Shown here: one piece after another, positions 1 to 13,794 of the stretch
Numbering within the stretch: the stretch's first letter is position 1
Layout: each line of letters begins with the position of its first letter
Origin: the human T2T-CHM13v2.0 reference genome, Homo sapiens
Assembly: GCF_009914755.1 (NCBI RefSeq)
Contig: NC_060926.1
DNA: 64,000 nucleotides
Direction: 5' to 3' (one strand)
Translations under genes and position numbers: made by a program
The notes under the pieces: model-generated
Databases searched by the model: none
What the model saw: only the letters and a program-made list of their open reading frames with translations
Told to the model about the DNA's origin: nothing

Positions 1-330
1 ACCTGGTACATATTAAGCAACACTTGATAAGCATTAGCTAAATGTAAATTGCAATTGCCTTTTAAGTTTTAATATCCCTATTTAAAAAAAAATAGTTGAT
101 TGCTTTTACTAACTAAGCCAGAAAAGGGAGTACTTTTTAAAAATTTAAAAACCTATCATTTTCTCTCAATGAATCAATACATGGACAAAAGGTAGATGTC
201 AAAATGAACCTAAATGAGGAGAAGGGCAAAATAACAAAACAGTTCATGAAAAAAAAATAAGTACTAGGCCAGTCAACGGTCGCTCACACCTGTAATCCCA
301 GCACTTTGGGAGGCTGAGGCAGGCAGATTA

Positions 331-917
<587 letters not shown>

Positions 918-1700
918 CTAATTGCCTTGCCTTTGACATCCTACCGGTCAAACCAGTCAGTGACCTGAATTAAGCCCAGCTGTTTGGCCCACATTACCAT
1001 GCTAATGGCACCTGGGATCTAATTTACATCTGCGTGTCTTCACTGTTTGCTTCTTAAGTAAATACATCTGGGAAAGTTCTATACCTACAAACAAGCTTCC
1101 CACCAATCTTGTTTCCTTGCCTATAAAGGATTTTGCAAAGATTGCAGTAAACTTCTCTTACAAAATGTCTCATAACAAGTACAGAGGTGTCAACAGCACT
1201 CTCATTATAAAAAGAACTCTGATTTAACAGATGAAAGTGTTAAGAAGGCATTCTATTAGTGACATCCATTAATCTTAGGTTAAAGTGTATATTTTGGCAG
1301 TTTATTTTCTCTGCTTTAAGTGAACAATTAGTTTAATCAAAGTCATTTGTGAAACAGTTTGATTTTTCTTAATTAATGTCTGCTAAATTTACTTATAATA
1401 GACACACTCTGTTGCTAGAACCAAAACAGATATATTGCATGGTTATTAATTTCCAGTTAGCACTGTACAAAATTATTGAGTTGGAATATTTTCTGCCAAT
1501 GTAGTTTTATTATTTTTTTTTCAAATGAATAATGTGGGAATGTAACTGGCACACCCATCCAATGAATGTAGTAGTTTTTCAGTGCCTGTCAACTTGAAGA
1601 CAGTGCTTCCTTCATGAGACTCCAGAGAAAATTTAGCAAGATTAGGAGACACACAATGTAACTACAGTATACTTTTTTCTTTTACACATTCTGTACACAA

Positions 1701-1719
1701 TAGTGACATCTTCTGGTTG
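1701..1719 (-). promoter_or_regulatory. CTCF-like motif (candidate)
   Basis: Minus strand CCAGAAGATGTCACTA versus core CCASYAGRKGGCRS, two deviations; lies in unique DNA. Confidence 0.3.
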
Positions 1720-2751
1720 ACTGGAATATAGATGTTTGGGCCAACGCTTTGAAACCATGTCTTAACTCCTTTTCTAATCAAAACATGCTTTGCTTGCCTA
1801 AAGATACTATGGGAAATATCCCTGAATCAGTAGTAAATCATCTTTTAATAGATACCATCAAAATTCCAATTTAAGTTTTTTAGAATAAAACATAATAAAA
1901 GAACATACTTATTTTTTTCAAAACAAATTTATGACTGGTTAATTGATGAAATTAACTGACCTTAAAAATTCACTTGACACAATAAACAAGTCTGGTTTTT
2001 AAGCATCTGCTATGGAAATTTCACTTTCTAGGAAATTTAGTGACCACTGAAATAAATAATAAAAAAGAGAAAATTTCACCAAAATGATATTTTCAAGTCA
2101 TTTCTAGTGAGCAGTGAGAGAGATTTGGTGGTCTGGGAGGAGGATGAGCCTAATGCTAGTGATATTCCTTTCCTCTCTGACTTTTTTCATAAAATTCTAT
2201 CTATTCCTATGCAGAGCATCGTGGTCCCTGGGGATGCTTTAAGGGTGCTGTTCTTAGTGCTAAACTCTCATTTCACCTATGCAACCCTCTCCTAGTACAG
2301 GCAGCCAACCCAGAGCAGCACTGCATTCAGACTGGTTGTGGTGATTTCAACCCCAGGGTCCCAGGATAGCAATCTCTTCCATGAGGACTGAGCCAGGCAC
2401 TGGCAGCTAAATATAAAATACTTATCTTATGATCCCTTTCCCCAGACTATAGGGGAAGGGTGACCTCAGTAATTTCAAGGTGATTTTCTTGAACCTCTCT
2501 TACTACAAAAGATGGAGGGTACTACATATACTTGTCATAAATCAATTAAGTATAATAAATACCAGAGAATTCTAACCAAAGACTAATGCAAACTTAACTT
2601 CCTATTAGAAATTATTCGTTAAAAACAAGAGGAATATTTAAGAGAAATAGAATATTGTTCCATCAGTCATTAATACAATGAAACAATAAGCATTATAAAT
2701 TCCCATAATGCAATTTTAAAAGATAATTTAATCTTATAGAAATATAATCTT

Positions 2752-3051
<300 letters not shown>

Positions 3052-3550
3052 ATAAAGAAAATATATGTTATTTAACTGGTTTAAATAACAATAAATCAGA
3101 GAAGCTTATAATTAAAATTATACTAACTATATTTATCCTATCTTGTGGATCAGCTAGTATCTCTTTTAGTAATGACAGCTCTTCACAATCTAGTTATTGT
3201 ATGTCTAAATGGATATTTGTAAAGAACAAATCGTGAAGATTTTTAATATGAGAAAATATACTGAAGGGAGGAGGAGCACTGCTAGGAAATATATATATAT
3301 ATATATATAAAATATGTATGTGTAAGTATATACACTACATTCTTCTTTAGAGTTAGAAATTGAGGCATCTATGTTTTCTGAAATTACAAATCAAATTGAC
3401 TAAAGAAACAAGCTATAAATGTTTAATTATCTTTTAAATAATGCATAAAGTATATGATTAATAAGAATTTACTATTACCTTTAAAATTATATACTGAATA
3501 TGTTTCCAAATTTATAAAAAGTATTCACTCTCAAAAGTCATAGAGATAAG

Positions 3551-3840
3551 GGCTAAATACAGTGGCTCACACTTGTAATCTCAGCACTTTGGGAGGCCAA
3601 GGCAAGTGGATTGCTTGAGCTTTGGAGTTCAAGACCAGCCTAGGCAATATGGTGAAACCCGTCTCTACAAAAAACACAAAAATTAGCTGGGCATGGTAGT
3701 GTGCACCTGCAATCCCAGCTACTTGGGAAGCTGAAGTGGGAGGATGGCCTGAGATCGGGAGGTTGAGACTACTGTAAGCCGAGATCGGGCCACTGTGCTC
3801 CAGCCTGGGTGACAGAGTGAGAACCTGTCTTAAAATAAAA
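3551..3840 (+). mobile_element. AluJ
   Basis: GGATTGCTTGAGC left arm and GGAGGATGGCCTGAG right arm; TSD AAAAGTCATAGAGATAAG / AAAAGTAATAGAGATCAG. Confidence 0.93.
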
Positions 3841-4599
3841 AGTAATAGAGATCAGCAATTTATTCATTTCCTTACCTAGTCTATAAAAGCAACACAAGTT
3901 GTTTCTGATATTGTTATTGCATTATTACTCAGATTTCTAATCTCAGTTTTTAAAAGATATTCTCAATGCAAAGAAATAAATAAGCCTCATAAAATAGCTG
4001 TGCCTACCATAGACATTTTTTCAAAAAGAAATTTAAAAAGTCCTCGACATGCATGGTAGTAAAATAAACAAACTATAAATTTATGAATCATTATCTGGTT
4101 GATAATAAAAATATCATTATGTACCATGTAAGAAATGCAGAAAATATAAGTTTTGCTTTTAGGTAAATGTATGCAGTCAATTAGCAATTTTACTAAAAAA
4201 AATAGGTAAAGGAAATACTAATATTGATTCATTTTATAATTTATAAGAGTTGGAATTAATCAATCAAAGCTACAACATTGAATTCACCTGTACCATGATC
4301 TACCTAAACAATTGTATCAACCAAAATAACACATAAGTGATCTAATATCATAAAAACCAAAAATAATCAATTTACATGATTATCAAGAATGCCATTCTAA
4401 GATAGCTTCTATGCACTATGATTTGCAATAGCTGTTTCTCTCAAAAGATTAAGTTTATTTTCAAAATAAGAATGCTAAATTTTAAAGATTTTTATACTTT
4501 CCAAGTTCTTTGCAAAGTTTAATGTAGTTCCAACCAAAACCACAATGGTATTTTATTTTACTTTATTTAAACATTATCACTCTGTTTTTTTAAATTAAC

Positions 4600-5320
4600 G
4601 TTAAAAAATTAATTAATAAACTTTCTGAATATGTATAGTACTTTAGTAAATTTAAAACACTTACTAAAGTACAGTACATATAAAATGAACCAATCACAAG
4701 TATTTAACTGCTTTAGCTATACATTTTTAGCCTCACAATTCTAAGAATTTCATAACTCTTTTTCTTAGTTCTATTTTAAAGCAAAGATCATTTAATAGCA
4801 TTGACCTTGAGACAGTATACTCCACATGGAATTAATTTGGGGGATTTATTGAACCTTTCTTTGTGACCTAGTTTATTATAAAATTTTATAAATATCACAT
4901 GTGCTTGGAAAGAATATTTCTCCCTCTCCTTGCTGGGTATAAATTTATATATAAGCAAAAGCATGTTATCTGTATTAATTTCTTGCTTACTGCTCTTAGT
5001 ATCAAATTCTGAGAGGAACATATTAAAATCTCCACCTATATTTGTTGTTTATTTAGTTCTTTCTATAGTTCTGTCAGTTTTTGCTTTACTTACTAGATTG
5101 TTGCCTGTGAATATGTTCACAACTATACAATATTTCTTTGTATATATGTAATGTTTTTGCCATGAATTCCATTTTGTCTGAAATTAAACTTACAACCCCT
5201 ATTTTCTTGATGCAAATCGCCTGGTTATTTTATTTTTAAATTTTGTTCATAATTTTGCAGTCATTGTATGCCTGCAAAATTTTTTAAATCCAATCTCAGA
5301 TTTTCTTCTTGTTAGTTAAG
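4600..5320 (-). mobile_element. Old L1M fragment (ORF2 endonuclease region)
   Basis: Antisense L1 signatures such as TGTGCTTGGAAAGAATAT and TCTGAGAGGAACATATTAAAATCTCC. Confidence 0.65.
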
Positions 5321-5329
5321 CCCAGATCT

Positions 5330-5630
5330 AAGCAAAGGTGGCTGATAGAAGAAACTGGAGCAGACCAATGGGAACTTCCTATAGAGAGTGTTACCTTTTG
5401 TTTTCCCATGGATTAGTCACCTCTAGCATATAAATTTAATTTTCCCCTACCGACCCTGTAACACTCTTTAATTACACCAACCCTTCTGGCTAAACTGTTG
5501 AAAATAAATGTATAGTAAAGAGTTATAGAGTGGTATGTTACTGGATTATCAATGCTCACGATTTTTTTCTTAGTAACCAGCACAGTGTAAAGGTGGTTCC
5601 ACAAGGAGATGATAGCTGTAGGAAAGACTA
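5330..5630 (-). mobile_element. Possible ERV internal (env-like) fragment
   Basis: Composition shift; minus-strand peptide LEVTNPWENKR resembles retroviral SU motifs; weak evidence. Confidence 0.3.
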
Positions 5631-6316
5631 TCTTACCATGAGGAAAGCCAAAAAGTGGGCAACTCAATAACACAATTAAAAACAAAAATTAAAAACTCAA
5701 TGATCTGGTACATGTCAGTAGGATATAACTATTCAAATAGGAAAAAATTGACCATCGGTTTACATTTAGAAACACATGTCAGTTTACGTTCTCTAAATAT
5801 AAAGTCAAAAACGAAGTCATTACTCTTGTTGCACCATATATAAGATGAAGTATTGCTGTGCTTTTACCACCTCAACCCTTTTTCTCTGTTAACTCTATTT
5901 GGAAACACAGACCCAGATTACTTTTATTACTATTACCTTTCAAAATACAATCTTCCTTTTAAAAAATTTCTGGAATATGCATTTAATTCTTCAACGATAT
6001 TTCAAGTTCAAAATTTAACTGATCACAAGTCCTTTCATATCATAATTTCCAATTCTTGAGTTTTCTATTTTAATCCTTTACCTGTTACCTATACTGTTTC
6101 TTTAAAAAATCAAGTTTTGCTTTATTGCCCTTTTCTTTGTTGTATTTTTTACAAATTGAAGGCTTGTGGCAACCCTGCATCTAGTGAGTCTATCGGCATC
6201 ATTTTTCCAACAGCATGTGCTCACTTCGTGTCTCTGTGTCACAGTTTGATAATTCTCCCAATATTTCAAACTTTTTCTTTATTATTATATTTGTTATGGT
6301 GATCCGTGATCAGTGA

Positions 6317-6733
6317 TTTCTTTTTCTGATGGAAAAATATATATTATATCTATTTAGAATTATCCATCTGGGCTCAATTTAGATGATACCAATTTTATTG
6401 GCAACATCTGAAGCATCACAGTCAGGAGTTAGTGGAATATCTCTGTCTTCTCTCCATCAGGCCTGACCAGGGTGTGACCTCGGCCACATAAATTCACAGA
6501 TTCTTCGTAGCCTCTTTGATCTGGTGCTTGTTGGCTTTAACATCCACAATGAACACAAGTGTGTTGTTGTCCTCTACCTTCTTCATGGCAGACTCAGTGA
6601 TCAGATGGAAGATGATGATGGCATAGGCATAGTGAAGCTTGTTTCTCCTGAGGGTGCTCTTCCAAGGATATTTAAGACTATCTCTGGAGCTGCAGTGTCT
6701 TGGGCCGCCAGAAGGTGAATGACATGCAGATCG

Positions 6734-6775
<42 letters not shown>

Positions 6776-6892
6776 TGGCGGATGCCTTTCAGTACTACCT
6801 TCTTGACCTCAAAGACTTTGCTTTGGCTTTGAGTTTAGGAGGAGAAGGAGCTTCCTTCTTCACCTTCTGTGCCAACTTGTGAAAAGGAGCCA
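6317..6892 (-). pseudogene. RPL23A: RPL23A processed pseudogene
   Basis: Intronless minus-strand copy: 5'UTR CTCCTTTTCACAAG, start ATG>TTG, AAGAAGGAAGCTCCT..., ACTGAGTCTGCCATGAAGAAG, AACAACACACTTGTGTTCATTGTGGATGTTAAAGCCAACAAGCACCAGAT, GATGTTGCCAA...ATCATCTAA, 3'UTR and residual poly(A); carries indels and an internal CA repeat. Confidence 0.96.
6735..6773 (+). repeat. (TG)19 microsatellite
   Basis: Perfect dinucleotide run inside the pseudogene. Confidence 0.98.
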
Positions 6893-7037
6893 CTATTTGA
6901 GGTCACTATTGTAATTGTTTGGGGGCATCAGGAAACACACTCATATAAGACAGCGAACTTAATTGGTAAATTTTGTGTTCTGGTTGCTTCACCGACCAAC
7001 TATTCCAGTCTCTCTCCCTCTTTTCCGGCCTCCTTGC

Positions 7038-7210
7038 TTTGGCTCAAATAACAAACATGTATTTATCTTAGTTGTGGATGTAGGAAATCAAAGATCAAGG
7101 TCCCTGCAGAGCCCCTATCTGGTGAGTAGCGGCTTCCGGATTTGCATCATCAAGCTGTACCCTCAGAGGGTGGTGAGCACAGAGAGAAGTCCGTTCTTTA
7201 TCCCTCAGGT
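7038..7210 (-). mobile_element. MLT1 (MaLR) LTR fragment
   Basis: TGGCTCAAATAACAAACATGTATTTATCTTAGTT...AAAGATCAAGGT...TCTGGTGAG. Confidence 0.6.
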
Positions 7211-7229
7211 AAAGACATGGAGATGGTCA

Positions 7230-7490
7230 CAGAAACCTCCCAGCTATTCTCCAGAAAATCTTATTGTTTTGACTCAGAGGATGGAACTTTCTATCATGTT
7301 TCTTAAGCCATCTTCATCAATTTTAAAGAGTATCAAATTACCCTTTCCTTTCTTTCTTGCAGAAACTCTTACTTGCATTTTTCCACTTATTTATGGAGGT
7401 TTTATTTTCTATGTCATTGTTAGTGTTCCAGTCAGAGCTGAGAATGACAAATCAGCTCTTTATTAGGCCATCATCCTAAACTGGAAGTTT
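7230..7490 (-). mobile_element. Old L1M/HAL1-like 5' end fragment
   Basis: Minus strand starts ACTTCCAGTTTAGGATGATGGC, resembling old L1 5' termini. Confidence 0.4.
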
Positions 7491-8239
7491 AACATTTCCA
7501 ATCATCAGTATCACAGAATCCAATTTTTAATCTTAGTTTGTAGGCTGCTATTCAACTAACCAGCTCTAACTCCCAGATTAATGAAGAAACATCTGAATAT
7601 TACCTCTCAATTTTTCAGTGATGTGATCATAATAGAATTACCCAATGTTGTAAAAAAAAAATTAAGTTCAGTAACATCCCAAGCCTGGTTTTCCAGTTAA
7701 TTTTTTTTTAATTATTAAGCCTGAAAGAAACAAAAAGTATCATAAATAGTTTATGTCTAGAAAAGCAAATACATGAATTCTCTAAGATGTGCTAGAATTA
7801 TACTTAAATGATTAATTAGGTAGTTTATAAGTACAATATATGTTTATTATTATTCATAAGTAAATTAGTGTTTTGTTGCCAAAAGTAAGGAAGTATTTCT
7901 TAAACTGTTGGCTTATTATAAAGGATTAAGGAATGAGCCATGGGCATTATAAAGAACAAATTTGTTTACATTCTTATACCATTTTTAAGAACTAGAGCCT
8001 CTTAGAGTTTGAAAGAATTTTAGAGATCACCTAGTTCATCTTCTGTGCAGCATTCTTACTAGTCCCACCTCTATTCCTGACTCTCTTAACTTACTTATCA
8101 CATTTTAATTTCTGTAAGATCCTCTAGGATGTGGTCTTCAAACCTATGAGAAGCAATAATGGGGCAAAATACAATGTTTACATTATGATATATATCTTGT
8201 ACATAAAGCTGGATGAATATCTGTTAAAAGAAATAATGA

Positions 8240-8408
8240 AGCTGGGAGTGATGGCTCAGGCCTGTAATCTAAATGTTTGGGGAGTTTGAAGCTGAAAGAC
8301 CGCTTGAGCCCAGGTGTTTGAGGTAACAGTGAGCTATGATCACACCATGGCAGTCCAGCCTGGGTGACAGAGTGAGACTCTGTCTGTGAAAAAGAGATAA
8401 AAATAAAA
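8240..8408 (+). mobile_element. Fossil Alu monomer (FRAM/FAM-like)
   Basis: Single arm with CTTGAGCCCAGG...AGTGAGCTATGATCACACCA...CCAGCCTGGGTGACAGAG and A-rich tail. Confidence 0.85.
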
Positions 8409-8664
8409 GACATAATTACTAGCTGAACACAGGCACTCATCTTTAAAAGCCCAAGCATATGTCTTCATCCTACCAAGGATTTCTATGTAAATGCATTTAC
8501 TAAGTATTTAAAAAATCTATTTTGTGTTTGAGAAGCTCTAACTCTCCAAAGGTTTTGTTAAACACTAGACTGAAATTTGACTCTTTTCAAATTCTCACGT
8601 TAACTTTTTTCTCTAGCATTGAGTCAATCCATTTTTCCCTGTGTTCTGACTAAAACTGCAACAT

Positions 8665-10135
8665 AAGCTCTTCCTGGGTCTCCAGGCTGCCCGCATTTGG
8701 ATTGGAACTCCACCATTATCCTGTTCACCACACTCTGAGAGGATTAATCCTGAATCACCTGAGGAAACTGTAATGGTCTCCCTGAGGCAGTTGCAATGCA
8801 ATACAGTGCTGAGTCTCCTCCTGAAACACCCCTACCACTCCTCTTTGCCTCTAGGCCTACAACTAGACTCAAGTCCCTGTAGGCCCCCAGTGGAAAAGTA
8901 GAAAATGTGACCCATAAGCAAGGTGCTACATTCCAAAAGGCCTACTTAAGTTTTCTAATATACAGATAGAAATCTGGGAAATGTGTGAAAATGGATATTA
9001 AGGGTGTGGACCAATGGATGAAAGGACATAAAGTTGGATCAGGCTGAATTTGTTGACACGGGCTCAGTAAGCAGAGATTCAGACTTTAATGTTTCAGCTC
9101 AGAGAGTTAGAAAGAGCTCTAACAGTTTGGTTGGTTCGTTGGTTGAAACATGGACCAAAAATTGGCCCACAGTGCCAGAGATTTAAAATGCCATACCTGC
9201 CTTGGTTTAGTGTAGAGTAAGGGATTCAAAACCTTAGGGAGATTGAAATGTCATAGTGGATTTGTCTATTAAGACCTGTGCAACCACACTGGGAGGGTCC
9301 AGAAGACATGCCTTTCACCAATATTATGAAAAATAAATTTGTGACGAGAGCTCTAGCATCCTTGAAGAGCTCTGTCATAGCTCTTCTCTGTAGGCCAGAT
9401 GTCACAGTGGGAACTACAATCACTGGATTGGGAAACCTAAATACAATGGGAATAATAGGATCCCTAAGTGGCAGGGGCCAAGTGGCAGCATTCAACTACC
9501 AAAGGTGAGTGCCGCTTAATGGAGAGCTGAGTCAAAGCAATCCAAATAGTCTAACCCACACAGACCTGTGACATTGGCTAGTTGATCACAGCATTCTTAG
9601 AAATAAAGTAGATAGGAAGCCTACTAATTTCATACTTGATCTGTATAAGCAGAAAAATTCTAAGTCAAGTGAACAAAACCCTAACTTGAATTATAAAAAA
9701 CAGGAAGAGTCATGCTCCCTCAATCAACTCTCAGGATTGAGCCAGTCTCTAGACACAGAAATCCTTGAATGAAGGGGAGGCCAGGTCTCCTTGAGGAAGG
9801 ACTCCAGCATATTGCCAAAAATGTGTCCACTAATTTTTCCCCAAACCTTCCTAAAAACAACCTCTGGCATTTTACCACGGTAAATGTGCACTGGGGAAAA
9901 AGAAATGAGCAGACATTTCAGGAAGTGCTGGACACTGGCTCTGAATTAACATTAATTCCAAGAGACCCAAAACGTCACTGCAGCCCTCCAATCAGAATAG
10001 GCATTTATGGAGATGAGGTGATCAATGGAGTTTTAGCACAGGGACATCTCACAGTGATCTTATCCTGTGGTTATTTCCCCAGTTCCAGAATGCACAATTG
10101 GAATAGACATGCTCAGCAGCTGGCAGAATCACCAA
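8665..10135 (+). mobile_element. HERV-L (ERVL) internal fragment: short MLT2-like LTR piece, gag and protease
   Basis: Gag peptide PHWEGPEDMPFT...LKSSVIALLCRPD (9278-9508); protease TVNVHWGK...VLDTGSELTLIP (9769-10158). Confidence 0.88.
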
Positions 10136-10279
10136 AAGCTATCTTATCAATTTTTTGAAAAAATTATCACATTTTCTCAAAAGTATCTCTTCTCCAAGTC
10201 AAACATTCTCACTTTTTAAAATTCACTTAAATGAAATTATTTCTAGGGTCTTCATCATGCCTAACATTGTATCATTTTT

Positions 10280-11912
10280 GTAATTATACTTCAAGTTCTG
10301 GGATACATGTACAGAACATACAGGTTTATTACATAGGTATACATGTGCCATAGTGGTTTGCTGCACCCATCAACCTGTCATCTACGTTGGGTACTTCTCC
10401 TAATGCTATCCCTCACCTAGCCCCCCATCCCCTGAAAGCCTCAGTATGTGATGCTCCCTTCCCTGTGTCCATACGTTCTCATTATTCAACTCCCACTTCT
10501 GAGTGATAACATGCGGTGTTTGGTTTTCTGTTCTTGTGATAGTTTGCTGAGAACGATGGTTTCCAGCTTCATCTACGTCCCTGCAAAGGACATTAACTCA
10601 TCCTTTTTTATGGCTGTGTAGTATTCCATGGTGTATACATGCCACATTTTCTTAATCCAGTCTATCATTGACGGGCATTTGGGTTGGTTCCAAGTATTTG
10701 CCATTGTGCATAGTGCTGCAATAAACATATATGTTCATGTGTCTTTATAGTAGAATGATTTATAATCCTTTGGATATATACCCAGTAATAGGATTGCTGG
10801 GTCAAAAGGTATTTCTGATTCTAGATCCTTGAGGAATCGCCACACTGTCTTCCACAATGGTTGAACTAATTTACACTCCCAAGAACAGTGTAAAAGCTTT
10901 CCTATTTCTCCACATCCTCTCCAGCATCTGTTGTTTCCTGACTTTTTAATGATTGCCATTCTAACTGGCATGAGATAGTATCTCACTGTAGTTTTGATTT
11001 GCATTCTCTAATGATCAGTGATGAGCTTTGTTTTCATATGTTTGTTGGCCGCATAAATGTCTTAACTTGAGAAGTGTCTGTTCACATCCTTTGCCCACTT
11101 TTTGATGGGGTTGTTTGTTTTATTCTTGTAAATTTAAGTTCCTTGTGGATTTTGGATATTACCCTTTTGTCAGATGGATAGATTGCAAAAAGTTTCTCCC
11201 ATTCTGTAGGTTGCCCTTTCACTCTGATGATAGTTTCTTTTGCTGTGCAGAAGCTCTTTAGTTTAATGAGATCCAATTTGCCAATTTTGGCTTTTGTTGC
11301 CGTTGCTTTTCATATTTTTGTCATGAAGAGTTTGCCCACACCTATGTCCTGGATTGTATTGCCTAGGTTTTCCTCTAGGGTTTTTATGGTTTGGGGTTTT
11401 ACATTTACGTCTTTAACCCATCTTGAGTTAATTTTTGTATAAGGTGTAAAGAAGGGGTTCAGTTTCAGTTTTCAGCATATGGCTAGCCAGTTTTCCCAAC
11501 ACCATTTTTTAAATGGGGAATCATTTCCCCATTGCTTGTTTTTGTCAGGTTTGTCAAAGATCAGATGGTTGTAGATGTATGCGTTATTTCTGAGGCCTCT
11601 GTTCTGTTCCATTGGTCTATACGTCTGTTTTGGTACCAGTACCATGCTGTTTTGGTTATTGTAGCCTTGTAGTATAATTTGAAGTCAGGTGGCATGATGC
11701 CTCCAGCTTTATTCTTTTTGCTTAGGATTGTCTTGGCTATATGGGCTCTTTTTTGGTTCCATATGAAATTTAAAGTAGTTTTTCTCTAATTCTGCGAAGA
11801 AAGTCAAGGGTAGCTTGATGGGAATAGCATCGAATCTATAAATTACTTTGGGCAGCATGACCATTTTCACAATATTGATTCTTTTTATCCATTAGCATGG
11901 AATGTTTTTCCA
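10280..11912 (-). mobile_element. L1PA (PA7/8-like) 3' portion of a 5'-inverted insertion
   Basis: L1 3'UTR and ORF2 C-terminus on the minus strand ([33 protein letters not shown]). Confidence 0.96.
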
Positions 11913-13580
11913 ACTCAGGATTAAGAAACTCACTCAAAATCACACAACTACATGGAAACTGAACAACCTGCTCCTGAATGACTATTGGGTAAATAAAGAA
12001 ATTAAGGCAGAGATGAATAACCTTTTTGAAACCAATGAAAACAAAGACACAGTGTACCAGAATCTCTGGGACACAGCTAACACAGTGGTTAGAGGGAAAT
12101 TTATAGCACTAAATGCCCACAGGAGAAAGCAGGAAAGATCTAAAATCAACACCCTAACATCACAATTAAAAGAACTAAAGAAGCAAGAGCAAACAAATTC
12201 AAAAGCTAGCAGAAGGCAAGAAATAACTAAGATCAGAGCAGAACTGAAGATTTACATGAAAAACCCTTCAAAAAAATCAGTGAATCCAGAGACTGGTTTT
12301 TTGAAAAGACTAACTAAATAGATAGAATTCTAGCCAGACTAATATGAAGAAAAGAGAGAAGAATCAAATAAACATGATAAAAACTGGTAAAGGAGATATC
12401 ACCACTTATCCCACAGAAATACAAACTACCATTAGAGAATACTATAAATGCCTAAATGCAAATAAACTAGAAAATCTAGAAGAAATGGATAAATTCCTGG
12501 ACACATATACCCTCCCAAGACTAAACCAGGAAGAAGTCAAATCTGTGAAAAGACCAATAACAAGTTCTGAAATTGAGGCAGCAATTAATAGCCTACCAAC
12601 CAAAAAAAGTCCAAGACCAGACAGATTCACAGCCAAATTCTACTAGAAGTACAAAGAAGAACTGGTACCATTCCTTCTGAAACTATTCCAAACAATAGAA
12701 AAAGAGGGACTTCTCCCTAGCTCATTTTATGAGGCCAGCATTATCCTGATACCAAAACCTGGTAGAGACACAACAAAAACAGAAAATTTCAGGCCAATAT
12801 CCCTGATGAACATTGATGCAAAAATCCTCAATAAAATACTGGCAAACCAAATCCAGCAGCACATCAAAAAGTTTATCCACCACGATCAAGTTGGCTTCAT
12901 CCCTGGGATGCTAGGCTGGTTCAATATATGCAAATCAATAAACATAATCCATCACATAAACAGAACCAATGACAAAAAACACATGATTATCAATAGATGT
13001 AGAAAAGGCCTTCAATAAAATTCAACACCCCTTCATACTAAAAACTCTCAAACTAGGTATTGATGGAACGTATCTCAAAATAATAAGAGCTATTTATGAC
13101 AAATCCACAGCCAATATCATACTGAATGGGCAAAAGCTGGAAGCATTCCCTTTGAAAAGTGGCACAAGACAGGGATGCCCTCTCTCAACACCCCCATTCA
13201 ACATAGTATTGGAAGTTCTGGCCAGGGCAATCAGGAAAGAGAAAGAAATAAAGGGCATTCAAATAGGAACAGAGAAAGTCAAATTGTTTCTGTTTGCAGA
13301 TGACATGATTGTATATTTAGAAAACCCCATTGTCTCAGCCCAAAATCTCCTTAAGCTGATAAGCAACTTCAGCAAAGTCTCAGGATACGAAATCAATTGC
13401 AAAAATCACAAGCATTCCTATACACCAATAACAGACAAACAGGGAGCCAAATCATGAGTGAACTCCCATTGACAATTTCTACAAAGAGAATAAAATACCT
13501 AGGAATCCAACTTACAAGGGATGTGAAGGGCTTCTTCAAGGAGAACTACAAACCACTGCTCAAGGAAGTAAGTGAGGACA
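11912..13580 (+). mobile_element. Inverted 5' portion of the same L1 (ORF2 EN C-terminus to RT)
   Basis: [18 protein letters not shown]...GTRQGCPLS...LFADDMIVY; ends a few nt from where the minus-strand part begins; flanked by TSD ACAYTGTATCAT(A)TTTTT. Confidence 0.96.
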
Positions 13581-13794
13581 CTGTATCATATTTTTAAATG
13601 AATGGCTAATATTGATATTTCATTTACCAAAATCCCATGAGGCTTTTGACATGTCTTGCCAACAAGCAGAGTGATTCTTAAATTGCACTAAAGCAAATCA
13701 TTTGAGCCTAAATAATGGAATTTAAATTTACTGCTGTTAATTTCATCTTTTGTTTCTAACCTACACTAAAAGCTATCAAGATTTTTTTGACTCA

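Larger units (their letters stand above)
6113..7032 (+). mobile_element. Tigger1 5' fragment (6113-6317 and 6895-7032) interrupted by a processed pseudogene
   Basis: TTTTTTACAAATTGAAGGCTTGTGGCAACCCTGC...GTGATCAGTGAT, resuming TTTGAGGTCACTATTGTAATTG...CATATAAGACAGCGAACTTAAT colinear with the Tigger1 consensus. Confidence 0.9.
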
